From the NCBI RefSeq assembly GCF_000315625.1, contig NW_005434594.1, positions 375,946 to 408,515 on the forward strand: a DNA stretch of 32,570 bases, given 5' to 3'. Positions within the stretch are counted from its first letter, which is position 1. Every line of letters begins with the position of its first letter. Shown here piece after piece: positions 20,003-30,774 of the stretch. Origin of the DNA: Guillardia theta CCMP2712 (Eukaryota; Protista; Cryptophyta). The notes beneath the pieces are model-generated. The model was given only the letters and a program-made list of their open reading frames with translations, was not told the DNA's origin and made no database searches. Position numbers and translations under genes: made by a program.

Positions 20003-20504
20003 CTTGAGTAAAGGATCCGAGACACAAGTACCATCTGTGGTGGGTTTAGTTAGGGTTCAAGTTCAGTCCCACAAACAACTTGACCACAAGAGCAAGTTCC
20101 ACTTGGATCTTCCTGGTACTACCCCCTACCCCCTACTTGTCCCCAGGAACGCTCCTTCGTTCTCCTTATTCTCTTGCCTATATATACCTGTGGAAACATC
20201 ACCTTGCGCTGACTGCAAAAATACCCTACCTCCTTACCTTGCCTCAATCAACTACCTACCTCCCGTCTCTTCACACCCCCCACCCCTACATATCTCTCAC
20301 CCCACCCCTCTAGACCCACCATTTCTTACCTACAGTTTCCCTTGGCATATCCCCCAACCTGCTTCCCGCTCCAAGCAAACCCCCTGCTCGAGCTCCCTCC
20401 CTCCCTCTACATCTCCCTCCCTTCCCTATCTTCGGCTCTTCTTTCATCAAGATCTTCATAGCTCTCCTACTTGCATTTGCGATCAGAAAGACTCTTCCTC
20501 CTCC

Positions 20505-22961
20505 ATGTCTGCTCCGAGCAGCTCCGAAACTCTGGCTGTGATGCCAATGAAACGGAAGTACGAGTTCCTGCAGGAGGTCTGCAGCGAGGATGCTGCGAGG
20601 TACCTGATCCTTGCATGTGCTGGTATGAGAAGCTCACTGACGCGCGCTCGCAGCATATGGGATCAGACGTGCGGAGACTCTGGTAAGATGACAGACCTCC
20701 TCAGCCAGCGCTTTGTGGACTGCAACACATGCTCCTCTCAGCAGCATATCGACGAGAACGACGACGAGGAGGAGGAGGAGGGGTCAGGCCGCGAGTACTT
20801 CTGCGTGATCTGCCAGGAGACAGACTTTGACATGAGCAACAAGGTGAGCTTGACCTGCCGTCACATGTTCCATGCCTCTTGCTTCAAGAGGCTGCTTGAG
20901 CACGTCCTCCATGACGAGCAAGAGTCCCTGGTGCCCCCTACCTGCCCTCATCCCGGATGCAGCACCATAGTCGGCTACAACATCCAAGCTCTGCTCCTCA
21001 TCTACGCTGACGATGAGCAAGCGCAGCGTCTGCTCAAGGCTTACCATAGCAAGAAGAGCAAGTACGACGCTTGGAAGTTGGGTCACCTGCCCTGCTTGTC
21101 CCCTTGCTGCCAGGCCGTCTCGAGGCTGGTGTTGATTGGACATGCGGCGAGCGAGGCTACGGTCAAGTGCGACAGCTGCATGGCCACCTACTGCGCTGCT
21201 TGCTCGATGGCGTCCGGAAGCTTGGTTCCCTCCCACATTCTCGTCGACTGCGAGCAGCGAGTCCTGACTGAGGAGGGGTTGCGAGCTCTCGATCAGGTGT
21301 ACGATGCGACGGGTGATGAGCTGAGACGAATGAGACTGCGCGACCCTCCCGCAGCGCTCAGACGGTACCCTCGCCCGCCGCCCGCCGCCCGCGACCCTCG
21401 CCCGCCCACAGTTGACGGCAGTCAAACGCATGTGGCGGCAGCAGACACGAGGACGCAGGAGGTCGAGGCGCAAGGGACCGAGCAGGCAGACAGAGACACT
21501 GAAGCCCAGCAAGACCCCCGGCTGCGAGCACGACTACTTTGGATGGATCTGTACAGGGGGGAAGACCGACTGGAGGGCGAGGAACGCCTTGAGCTCCATG
21601 AACACGTGCGCTGGAGGATGAGGAGATTTGAGGAGGAAGGCGACTACGTGGACGAGGAGCTGCAGCAGACTATGCAAGGCATGCGAGACCGGCTCAGCAG
21701 CATCAAGAGGAGGGAGGAGCTAGAGATCTCCGCCATTTCCCGGCAGCTCCATGCTCGTCCTGCCGACAAGGTCGCCGTCGAACTGCTCGATGCGCGTCTG
21801 CGGATCGTCGAGCAGAAGCGTGAGCTGTTCGACAGCACGCGACAGACGCTCGAGGGCATGATCCGCAACCCGGCGGTAGAGGACCCGCAGCACCGTGCTC
21901 CGCCGGAGGCGACGACGTCGCTGAGCCTTCAAGACATCCACAGCATGTGCGATAAAGCTTTTCTCACCTCCCTGAAGGCGAGGATTAGCAGGATCGCCAG
22001 CGGCGAAGAGCGCGAGGAGGCCCGAGCAGAGGCTCGCAGTGACCAGGAGGAGATCGCAAGGACCTCCAAGCCCTGCACCAAGTGCGGGTACCGCATCGTC
22101 AAGATGGGAGGATGCGACCACATGACGTGCAGGAAGTGCCGGCACGAGTTCTGCTGGAGGTGCCTCAAACCAACGATCGACCACTTCCACAGCAGCTGTC
22201 AGGGGAAGCCAGACCTGCTGTCGTTCTCTGAGGAGCTACAGCCTGCCATCAAGGACGTCATCGACAAGTACCGCGGAGTCGAGTCGCCTATCGAGAGCAG
22301 CCTAGTCGAGTACGCGCACAGGCACTTGGCTCCCGGCCAGCCTGTCGACGAGGACAGGAAGAGAGCGGACTCGCAGCGGATCTCCGCAATGCTGGAGCGG
22401 CGCGAGCCCTTCATGCTCAGATACTTCGACCCCCGCGAGGTCAGACGCAGAGCGGAGATGAGGAGACTGCAGGATATGCAGCGGGAGGTTGAGCAAGAGA
22501 GGATCGCCTGCTCCTTTGTGCTCCGTCAAGTCCGCGACAGCAGTCGCAGCCCCATCAGCAAGGACGCAGCCCTCCGAGTCTGCTCGGACCCCTCCAAGCA
22601 GTACCTCAAGTACCGGGCCGCCAAGCGCAGCCTCTTGGACGCGCAGGAGAAGATGAGGAGGGAGACACGTGAAGCCCCGGTTGACTACGTCGAGCGTCAG
22701 CGCCGCATGATCGACTGTCAGTGCCACGTCATCGACGTGGATCTTGCTCGCCTGGAGATGCAGAAGCAAGCTTGCGTCCTCATGGGCATGGACGTGCCTC
22801 CCTGGCTCCTGTCATGCTCCGAGCGGCTCTCAGATGCCAAGGAGCAGCAGGCGCAAGACATCAGCCAGGCTGTCTGCACCAGGACCTTTCTGGACGCTCA
22901 TCGAGACTACATGCTCTCGAGGATGAGCCAACGTGTAGAGCCGAGAGTCCTAGAATGGTGA
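20505..22961 (+). CDS. RBR E3 ubiquitin ligase copy 4 (818 aa)
   Basis: Intact ORF with the same motifs as copy 1. Confidence 0.9.
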   Translation: MSAPSSSETLAVMPMKRKYEFLQEVCSEDAARYLILACAGMRSSLTRARSIWDQTCGDSGKMTDLLSQRFVDCNTCSSQQHIDENDDEEEEEGSGREYFCVICQETDFDMSNKVSLTCRHMFHASCFKRLLEHVLHDEQESLVPPTCPHPGCSTIVGYNIQALLLIYADDEQAQRLLKAYHSKKSKYDAWKLGHLPCLSPCCQAVSRLVLIGHAASEATVKCDSCMATYCAACSMASGSLVPSHILVDCEQRVLTEEGLRALDQVYDATGDELRRMRLRDPPAALRRYPRPPPAARDPRPPTVDGSQTHVAAADTRTQEVEAQGTEQADRDTEAQQDPRLRARLLWMDLYRGEDRLEGEERLELHEHVRWRMRRFEEEGDYVDEELQQTMQGMRDRLSSIKRREELEISAISRQLHARPADKVAVELLDARLRIVEQKRELFDSTRQTLEGMIRNPAVEDPQHRAPPEATTSLSLQDIHSMCDKAFLTSLKARISRIASGEEREEARAEARSDQEEIARTSKPCTKCGYRIVKMGGCDHMTCRKCRHEFCWRCLKPTIDHFHSSCQGKPDLLSFSEELQPAIKDVIDKYRGVESPIESSLVEYAHRHLAPGQPVDEDRKRADSQRISAMLERREPFMLRYFDPREVRRRAEMRRLQDMQREVEQERIACSFVLRQVRDSSRSPISKDAALRVCSDPSKQYLKYRAAKRSLLDAQEKMRRETREAPVDYVERQRRMIDCQCHVIDVDLARLEMQKQACVLMGMDVPPWLLSCSERLSDAKEQQAQDISQAVCTRTFLDAHRDYMLSRMSQRVEPRVLEW

Positions 22962-24414
22962 CCGTCGGACCGAGCGACAAGGCAGCGAGACTAGGAGAGC
23001 AGCAGAGCTCTGCAGGACTTTGAGGACGAGCGGTCAGGGACAGTAGTGCCCCGAGCCTGCAAGGTTGGAAGTCATCTTTGAGCTCTTAACGTGACTGCGC
23101 TACTCAATACATAGAGAAACAAGTTGAATGAGGCCTGAGGGGAGGGGCCGCTGACTCTATTCAGCCATCATGGCAGCAGCGAACTGACACAGTTTGAGCC
23201 GTCTGAGCCTGAAGAGAAACTAACAAGGATCCCCCTAGTGACGGCGAGTGAAGCGGGAAGACTCAGAGGCTCAAGCAGAGACTCATGATTGTCGGAGCCA
23301 CGGTTGAGGCGGCGGGAGGCGCGCGGTCCGGGGATCGGACTTTGGCACCGTACTGTACTACGGTACCCAGTGACGGTACGGTAGCCAGTGCGGCGGAGTC
23401 CCGGGGGCGGCCTGCCCGCCGCGGCCCGGGGAGTTGCCCAGCCGGGCGGCCCGGCGCCGCCGCTGTGCCGGTGCCGGGCCGGTGACCGGCGTCACAGTCA
23501 CTACGCCGCCGGGCCCCGGCGGCGTACAATAGTCCCTCCTAGGCTCCAGCGGTCGCCGTTTCTTAAGTTACTATACTCAAAGTTAAGTTAATCAGCAGTA
23601 CGATAATGTTGATTATGCGCAGAACCATTCTCCCGCGCAATGCCAGCGATGTCCAGTGATCGCTGTGCCAGGCGGGCCGACGAGTCAGAGCGGGCGGCGG
23701 CCCGCCGGCCCGGGAACTTGAACCGTCACTGAGTCAAAGTCCGTACCGTCTGGTCACCGTCCGCCGCCGACAGTCGCGGCCGGCCGGGTTCCGGGCCGGG
23801 GGGATCTTCGGAACTTAGTTCGGCGCCGGGGCCCGGGCCGTCCCGGACTCAGGGCCCGGATTCATGTTGCGGGCGCCCTCGGACACTCAAGTGACTATCA
23901 GCCTTAAACTTGAGTAAAGGATCCGAGACGGTGGTGGGTTTAGTTAGGGTTTAAGTTCAGTCCCACAAACAACTTTGAGACTCGGCTGGAAGGCAAGAGC
24001 AATTTCCACTTGGATCTTCCTGGTACTACCCCCTACCCCCTGCTTGTCCCCAGGATCGCTGCTTCGTTCTCCTTATTCTCTTGCCTATATGTACTGGTTG
24101 ATCTATCTCCTTGCGCTGACTGCAAAAACACCCTACCTCCTTACCTTGCCTCAATCAACTACCTACCTCCCGTCTCTTCATACCCCCCACCCCTACATAT
24201 CTCTCTCCCCACCCCTCTAGACCCACCATTTCTTACCTACAGATTCCCTCCTTCCTTGGTATATCCCCCAACCTGCTTCCCGCTCCAAGCAAACCCCCTG
24301 CTCGAGCTCCCTCCCTCTACATCTCCCTCCCTTCCCTATCTTCAGCTCTTCTTCAATCAAGGTCTTCATAGCTCTCCTACTTGCATTTGCGATCAAAAAG
24401 CCTCTTCCTCCTCC

Positions 24415-26865
24415 ATGTCTGCTCCGAGCAGCTCCGAAACTCTGGCTGTGATGCCAATGAAACGGAAGTACGAGTTCCTGCAGGAGGTCTGCAGCGAGGA
24501 TGCTGCGAGGTACCTGATCCTTGCATGTGCTGGTATGAGAAGCTCACTGACGCGCGCTCGCAGCATATGGGATCAGACGTGCGGAGACTCTGGTAAGATG
24601 ACAGACCTCCTCAGCCAGCGCTTTGTGGACTGCAACACATGCTCCTCCCAGCAGCATATCGACGAGAACGACGAGGACGAGGAGGGGTCAGGCCGCGAGT
24701 ACTTCTGCGTGATCTGCCAGGAGACAGACTTTGACATGAGCAACAAGGTGAGCTTGACCTGCCGTCACATGTTCCATGCCTCTTGCTTCAAGAGGCTGCT
24801 TGAGCACGTCCTCCATGACGAGCAAGAGTCCCTGGTGCCCCCTACCTGCCCTCATCCCGGATGCAGCACCATAGTCGGCTACAACATCCAAGCTCTGCTC
24901 CTCATCTACGCTGACGATGAGCAAGCGCAGCGTCTGCTCAAGGCTTACGATAGCAAGAAGAGCAAGTACGACGCTTGGAAGTTGGGTCACCTGCCCTGCT
25001 TGTCCCCTTGCTGCCAGGCCGTCTCGAGGCTGGTGTTGATTGGACATGCGGCGAGCGAGGCTACGGTCAAGTGCGACAGCTGCATGGCCACCTACTGCGC
25101 TGCTTGCTCGATGGCGTCCGGAAGCTTGGTTCCCTCCCACATTCTCGTCGACTGCGAGCAGCGAGTCCTGACTGAGGAGGGGTTGCGAGCTCTCGATCAG
25201 GTGTACGATGCGACGGGTGATGAGCTGAGACGAATGAGACTGCGCGACCCTCCCGCAGCGCTCAGACGGTACCCTCGCCCGCCGCCCGCCGCCCGCGACC
25301 CTCGCCCGCCCACAGTTGACGGCAGTCAAACGCATGTGGCGGCAGCAGACTCGAGGACGCAGGAGGTCGAGGCGCAAGGGACCGAGCAGGAAGACAGAGG
25401 CGCTGAAGCCCAGCAAGACCCCCGGCTGCGAGCACGACTACTTTGGATGGATCTGTACAGGGGGGAAGACCGACTGGAGGGCGAGGAACGCCTTGAGCTC
25501 CATGAACACGTGCGCTGGAGGATGAGGAGATTTGAGGAGGAAGGCGACTACGTGGACGAGGAGCTGCAGCAGACTATGCAAGGCATGCGAGACCGGCTCA
25601 GCAACATCAAGAGGAGGGAGGAGCTAGAGATCTCCGCCATTTCCCGGCAGCTCCATGCTCGTCCTGCCGACAAGGTCGCCGTCGAACTGCTCGATGCGCG
25701 TCTGCGGATCGTCGAGCAGAAGCGTGAGCTGTTCGAGAGCACGCGACAGACGCTCGAGGGCATGATCCGCAACCCGGCGGTAGAGGACCCGCAGCACCGT
25801 GCTCCGCCGGAGGCGACGACGTCGCTGAGCCTTCAAGACATCCACAGCATGTGCGATAAAGCTTTTCTCACCTCCCTGAAGGCGAGGATTAGCAGGATCG
25901 CCAGCGGCGAAGAGCGCGAGGAGGCCCGAGCAGAGGCTCGCAGTGACCAGGAGGAGATCGCAAGGACCTCCAAGCCCTGCACCAAGTGCGGGTACCGCAT
26001 CGTCAAGATGGGAGGATGCGACCACATGACGTGCAGGAAGTGCCGGCACGAGTTCTGCTGGAGGTGCCTCAAACCAACGATCGACCACTTCCACAGCAGC
26101 TGTCAGGGGAAGCCAGACCTGCTGTCGTTCTCTGAGGAGCTACAGCCTGCCATCAAGGACGTCATCGACAAGTACCGCGGAGTCGAGTCGCCTATCGAGA
26201 GCAGCCTAGTCGAGTACGCGCACAGGCACTTGGCTCCCGGCCAGCCTGTCGACGAGGACAGGAAGAGAGCGGACTCGCAGCGGATCTCCGCAATGCTGGA
26301 GCGGCGCGAGCCCTTCATGCTCAGATACTTCGACCCCCGCGAGGTCAGACGCAGAGCGGAGATGAGGAGACTGCAGGATATGCAGCGGGAGGTTGAGCAA
26401 GAGAGGATCGCCTGCTCCTTTGTGCTCCGTCAAGTCCGCGACAGCAGTCGCAGCCCCGTCAGCAAGGACGCAGCCCTCCGAGTCTGCTCGGACCCCTCCA
26501 AGCAGTACCTCAAGTACCGGGCCGCCAAGCGCAGCCTCTTGGACGCGCAGGAGAAGATGAGGAGGGAGACACGTGAAGCCCCGGCTGACTACGTCGAGCG
26601 TCAGCGCCGCATGATCGACTGTCAGTGCCACGTCATCGACGTGGATCTTGCTCGCCTGGAGATGCAGAAGCATGCTTGCGTCCTCATGGGCATGGACGTG
26701 CCTCCCTGGCTCCTGTCATGCTCCGAGCGGCTCTCGGATGCCAAGGAGCAGCAGGCGCAAGACATCAGCCAGGCTGTCTGCACCAGGACCTTTCTGGACG
26801 CTCATCGAGACTACATGCTCTCGAGGATGAGCCAACGAGTAGAGCCGAGAGTCCTAGAATGGTGA
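24415..26865 (+). CDS. RBR E3 ubiquitin ligase copy 5 (816 aa)
   Basis: Intact ORF with the same motifs as copy 1. Confidence 0.9.
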   Translation: MSAPSSSETLAVMPMKRKYEFLQEVCSEDAARYLILACAGMRSSLTRARSIWDQTCGDSGKMTDLLSQRFVDCNTCSSQQHIDENDEDEEGSGREYFCVICQETDFDMSNKVSLTCRHMFHASCFKRLLEHVLHDEQESLVPPTCPHPGCSTIVGYNIQALLLIYADDEQAQRLLKAYDSKKSKYDAWKLGHLPCLSPCCQAVSRLVLIGHAASEATVKCDSCMATYCAACSMASGSLVPSHILVDCEQRVLTEEGLRALDQVYDATGDELRRMRLRDPPAALRRYPRPPPAARDPRPPTVDGSQTHVAAADSRTQEVEAQGTEQEDRGAEAQQDPRLRARLLWMDLYRGEDRLEGEERLELHEHVRWRMRRFEEEGDYVDEELQQTMQGMRDRLSNIKRREELEISAISRQLHARPADKVAVELLDARLRIVEQKRELFESTRQTLEGMIRNPAVEDPQHRAPPEATTSLSLQDIHSMCDKAFLTSLKARISRIASGEEREEARAEARSDQEEIARTSKPCTKCGYRIVKMGGCDHMTCRKCRHEFCWRCLKPTIDHFHSSCQGKPDLLSFSEELQPAIKDVIDKYRGVESPIESSLVEYAHRHLAPGQPVDEDRKRADSQRISAMLERREPFMLRYFDPREVRRRAEMRRLQDMQREVEQERIACSFVLRQVRDSSRSPVSKDAALRVCSDPSKQYLKYRAAKRSLLDAQEKMRRETREAPADYVERQRRMIDCQCHVIDVDLARLEMQKHACVLMGMDVPPWLLSCSERLSDAKEQQAQDISQAVCTRTFLDAHRDYMLSRMSQRVEPRVLEW

Positions 26866-27780
26866 CCGTCGGACCGAGCGACAAGGCAGCGAGACTAGGA
26901 GAGCAGCAGAGCTCTGCAGGACTTTGAGGACGAGCGGTCAGGGACAGTAGTACCCCGAGCCTGCAAGGTTGGAAGTCATCTTTGAGCTCTTAACGTGACT
27001 GCGCTACTCAATACATAGAGAAACAAGTTGAATGAGGCCTGAGGGGAGGGGCCGCTGACTCTAATCAGCCATCATGGCAGCAGCGAACTGAAACAGTCTG
27101 AGCCGTCTGAGCCTGAAGAGAAACTAACAAGGATCCCCCCAGTAACGGCGAGTGAAGCGGGAAGACTCAGAGGCTCAAGCAGAGACTCATGATTGTCGGA
27201 GCCACGGTTGAGGCGGCGGGAGGCGGGCGCGCGGTCCGGGGATCGGACTTTGGCACCGTACTGTACTACGGTACCCAGTGACGGTACGGTAGCCAGTGCG
27301 GCGGAGTCCCGGGGGCGGCCTGCCCGCCGCGGCCCGGGGAGTTGCCCAGCCGGGCCGGTGACCGGCGTCACAGTCACTACGCCGCCGGGCCCCGGCGGCG
27401 TACAATAGTCCCTCCTAGGCTCCAGCGGTCGCCGTTTCTTAAGTTACTATACTCGAAGTTAAGTTAATCATCAGTACGATAATGTTGATTATGCGAAGAA
27501 CCATTCCGAGGCTCCCGCGCAATGCCAGCGATGTCCGGTGATCGCTGTGCAGTGCCAGGCGAGCCGACGAGTCAGAGCGGGCGGCGGCCCGGCCCGGGAA
27601 CTTGAACCGTCAAGGTCCGTACGGCGTCCGGTCACCGTCCGACTTCGCGGCCGGCCGGGTTCCGGGCCGAGGGGATCTTCGGAACTTAGTTCGGCGCCGG
27701 GGCCCGGGCCGTCCCGGACTCAGGGCCCGGATTCATGTTGCGGGCGCCCTCGGACACTCAAGTGACTATCAGCCTTAAAC

Positions 27781-27880
27781 NNNNNNNNNNNNNNNNNNNN
27801 NNNNNNNNNNNNNNNNNNNNNNNNNNNNNNNNNNNNNNNNNNNNNNNNNNNNNNNNNNNNNNNNNNNNNNNNNNNNNNNN
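27781..27880. other. Assembly gap (100 N, probably an unknown-size placeholder)
   Basis: Exactly 100 N where spacer 1 has only 43 bp (12211-12253). Confidence 0.95.
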
Positions 27881-28323
27881 AAGTTCAGTCCCCACAAACA
27901 ACTTGACCACAAGAGCAAGTTCCACTTGGATCTTCCTGGTACTACCCCCTACCCCCTACTTGTCCCCAGGAACGCTCCTTCGTTCTCCTTATTCTCTTGC
28001 CTATATATACCTGTGGAAACATCACCTTGCGCTGACTGCAAAAATACCCTACCTCCTTACCTTGCCTCAATCAACTACCTACCTCCCGTCTCTTCATACC
28101 CCCCACCCCTACATATCTCTCTCCCCACCCCTCTAGACCCACCATTTCTTACCTACAGTTTCCCTTGGTATATCTCCCAACCTGCTTCCCGCTCCAAGCA
28201 AACCCCCTGCTCGAGCTCCCTCCCTCTACATCTCCCTCCCTTCCCTATCTTCGGCTCTTCTTCAATCAAGATCTTCATAGCTCTCCTACTTGCATTTGCG
28301 ATCAGAAAGCCTCTTCCTCCTCC

Positions 28324-30774
28324 ATGTCTGCTCCGAGCAGCTCCGAAACTCTGGCTGTGATGCCAATGAAACGGAAGTACGAGTTCCTGCAGGAGGTCTG
28401 CAGCGAGGATGCTGCGAGGTACCTGATCCTTGCATGTGCTGGTATGAGAAGCTCACTGACGCGCGCTCGCAGCATATGGGATCAGACGTGCGGAGACTCT
28501 GGTAAGATGACAGACCTCCTCAGCAAGCGCTTTGTGGACTGCAACACATGCTCCTCCCAGCAGCATATCGACGAGAACGACGAGGACGAGGAGGAGTCAG
28601 GCCGCGAGTACTTCTGCGTGATCTGCCAGGAGACAGACTTTGACATGAGCAACAAGGTGAGCTTGACCTGCCGTCACATGTTCCATGCCTCTTGCTTCAA
28701 GAGGCTGCTTGAGCACGTCCTCCATGACGAGCAAGAGTCCCTGGTGCCCCCTACCTGCCCTCATGCCGGATGCAGCACCATAGTCGGCTACAACATCCAA
28801 GCTCTGCTCCTCATCTACGCTGACGATGAGCAAGCGCAGCGTCTGCTCAAGGCTTACGATAGCAAGAAGAGCAAGTACGACTCTTGGAAGTTGGGTCACC
28901 TGCCCTGCTTGTCCCCTTGCTGCCAGGCCGTCTCGAGGCTGGTGTTGATTGGACATGCGGCGAGCGAGGCTACGGTCAAGTGCGACAGCTGCATGGCCAC
29001 CTACTGCGCTGCTTGCTCGATGGCGTCCGGAAGCTTGGTTCCCTCCCACATTCTCGTCGACTGCGAGCAGCGAGTCCTGACTGAGGAGGGGTTGCGAGCT
29101 CTCGATCAGGTGTACGATGCGACGGGTGATGAGCTGAGACGAATGAGACTGCGCGACCCTCCCGCAGCGCTCAGACGGTACCCTCGCCCGCCGCCCGCCG
29201 CCCGCGACCCTCGCCCGCCCACAGTTGACGGCAGTCAAACGCATGTGGCAGCAGCAGACACGAGGACGCAGGAGGTCGAGGCGCAAGGGACCGAGCAGGC
29301 AGACAGAGGCGCTGAAGCCCAGCAAGACCCCCGGCTGCGAGCACGACTACTTTGGATGGATCTGTACAGGGGGGAAGACCGACTGGAGGGCGAGGAACGC
29401 CTTGAGCTCCATGAATACGTGCGCTGGAGGATGAGGAGATTTGAGGAGGAAGGCGACTACGTGGACGAGGAGCTGCAGCAGACTATGCAAGGCATGCGAG
29501 ACCGGCTCAGCAACATCAAGAGGAGGGAGGAGCTAGAGATCTCCGCCATTTCCCGGCAGCTCCATGCTCGTCCTGCCGACAAGGTCGCCGTCGAACTGCT
29601 CGATGCGCGTCTGCGGATCGTCGAGCAGAAGCGAGAGCTGTTCGAGAGCACGCGACAGATGCTCGAGGGCATGATCCGCAACCCGGCGGTAGAGGACCCG
29701 CAGCACCATGCTCCGCCGGAGGCGACGACGTCGCTGAGCCTTGAAGACATTCACAGCATGTGCGATAAAGCTTTTCTCACCTCCCTGAAGGCGAGGATTA
29801 GCAGGATCGCCAGCGGCGAAGAGCGCGAGGAGGCCCGAGCAGAGGCTCCCAGTGACCAGGAGGAGATCGCAAGGACCTCCAAGCCCTGTACCAAGTGCGG
29901 GTATCGCATCGTCAAGATGGGAGGATGCGACCACATGACGTGCAGGAAGTGCCGGCACGAGTTCTGCTGGAGGTGCCTCAAACCATCGATCGACCACTTC
30001 CACAGCAGCTGTCAGGGGAAGCCAGACCTGCTGTCGTTCTCTGAGGAGCTACAGCCTGCCATCAAGGACGTCATCGACAAGTACCGCGGAGTCGAGTCGC
30101 CTATCGAGAGCAGCCTAGTCGAGTACGCGCACAGGCACTTGGCTCCCGGCCAGCCTGTCGACGAGGACAGGAAGAGAGCGGACTCGCAGCGGATCTCCGC
30201 AATGCTGGAGCGGCGCGAGCCCTTCATGCTCAGATACTTCGACCCCCGCGAGGTCAGACGCAGAGCGGAGATGAGGAGACTGCAGGATATGCAGCGGGAG
30301 GTTGAGCAAGAGAGGATCGCCTGCTCCTTTGTGCTCCGTCAAGTCCGCGACAGCAGTCGCAGCCCCATCAGCAAGGACGCAGCCCTCCGAGTCTGCTCGG
30401 ACCCCTCCAAGCAGTACCTCAAGTACCGGGCCGCCAAGCGCAGCCTCTTGGACGCGCAGGAGAAGATGAGGAGGGAGACACGTGAAGCCCCGGCTGACTA
30501 CGTCGAGCGTCAGCGCCGCATGATCGACTGTCAGTGCCACGTCATCGACGTGGATCTTGCTCGCCTGGAGATGCAGAAGCAAGCTTGCGTCCTCATGGGC
30601 ATGGACGTGCCTCCCTGGCTCCTGTCATGCTCCGAGCGGCTCTCAGATGCCAAGGAGCAGCAGGCGCAAGACATCAGCCAGGCTGTCTGCACCAGGACCT
30701 TTCTGGACGCTCATCGAGACTACATGCTCTCGAGGATGAGCCAGCGAGTAGAGCCGAGAGTCCTAGAATGGTGA
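28324..30774 (+). CDS. RBR E3 ubiquitin ligase copy 6 (816 aa)
   Basis: Intact ORF with the same motifs as copy 1. Confidence 0.9.
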   Translation: MSAPSSSETLAVMPMKRKYEFLQEVCSEDAARYLILACAGMRSSLTRARSIWDQTCGDSGKMTDLLSKRFVDCNTCSSQQHIDENDEDEEESGREYFCVICQETDFDMSNKVSLTCRHMFHASCFKRLLEHVLHDEQESLVPPTCPHAGCSTIVGYNIQALLLIYADDEQAQRLLKAYDSKKSKYDSWKLGHLPCLSPCCQAVSRLVLIGHAASEATVKCDSCMATYCAACSMASGSLVPSHILVDCEQRVLTEEGLRALDQVYDATGDELRRMRLRDPPAALRRYPRPPPAARDPRPPTVDGSQTHVAAADTRTQEVEAQGTEQADRGAEAQQDPRLRARLLWMDLYRGEDRLEGEERLELHEYVRWRMRRFEEEGDYVDEELQQTMQGMRDRLSNIKRREELEISAISRQLHARPADKVAVELLDARLRIVEQKRELFESTRQMLEGMIRNPAVEDPQHHAPPEATTSLSLEDIHSMCDKAFLTSLKARISRIASGEEREEARAEAPSDQEEIARTSKPCTKCGYRIVKMGGCDHMTCRKCRHEFCWRCLKPSIDHFHSSCQGKPDLLSFSEELQPAIKDVIDKYRGVESPIESSLVEYAHRHLAPGQPVDEDRKRADSQRISAMLERREPFMLRYFDPREVRRRAEMRRLQDMQREVEQERIACSFVLRQVRDSSRSPISKDAALRVCSDPSKQYLKYRAAKRSLLDAQEKMRRETREAPADYVERQRRMIDCQCHVIDVDLARLEMQKQACVLMGMDVPPWLLSCSERLSDAKEQQAQDISQAVCTRTFLDAHRDYMLSRMSQRVEPRVLEW

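Noticed and set aside
19131-20034. ORFs spanning the N runs (also 27735..28136)
   Set aside because: Artefacts of translating assembly gaps.
8844-30774. Positive selection among RBR copies
   Set aside because: A rough manual tally gave about two dozen amino-acid-changing versus about a dozen silent differences, not above the neutral expectation; a codon-model dN/dS test is needed.
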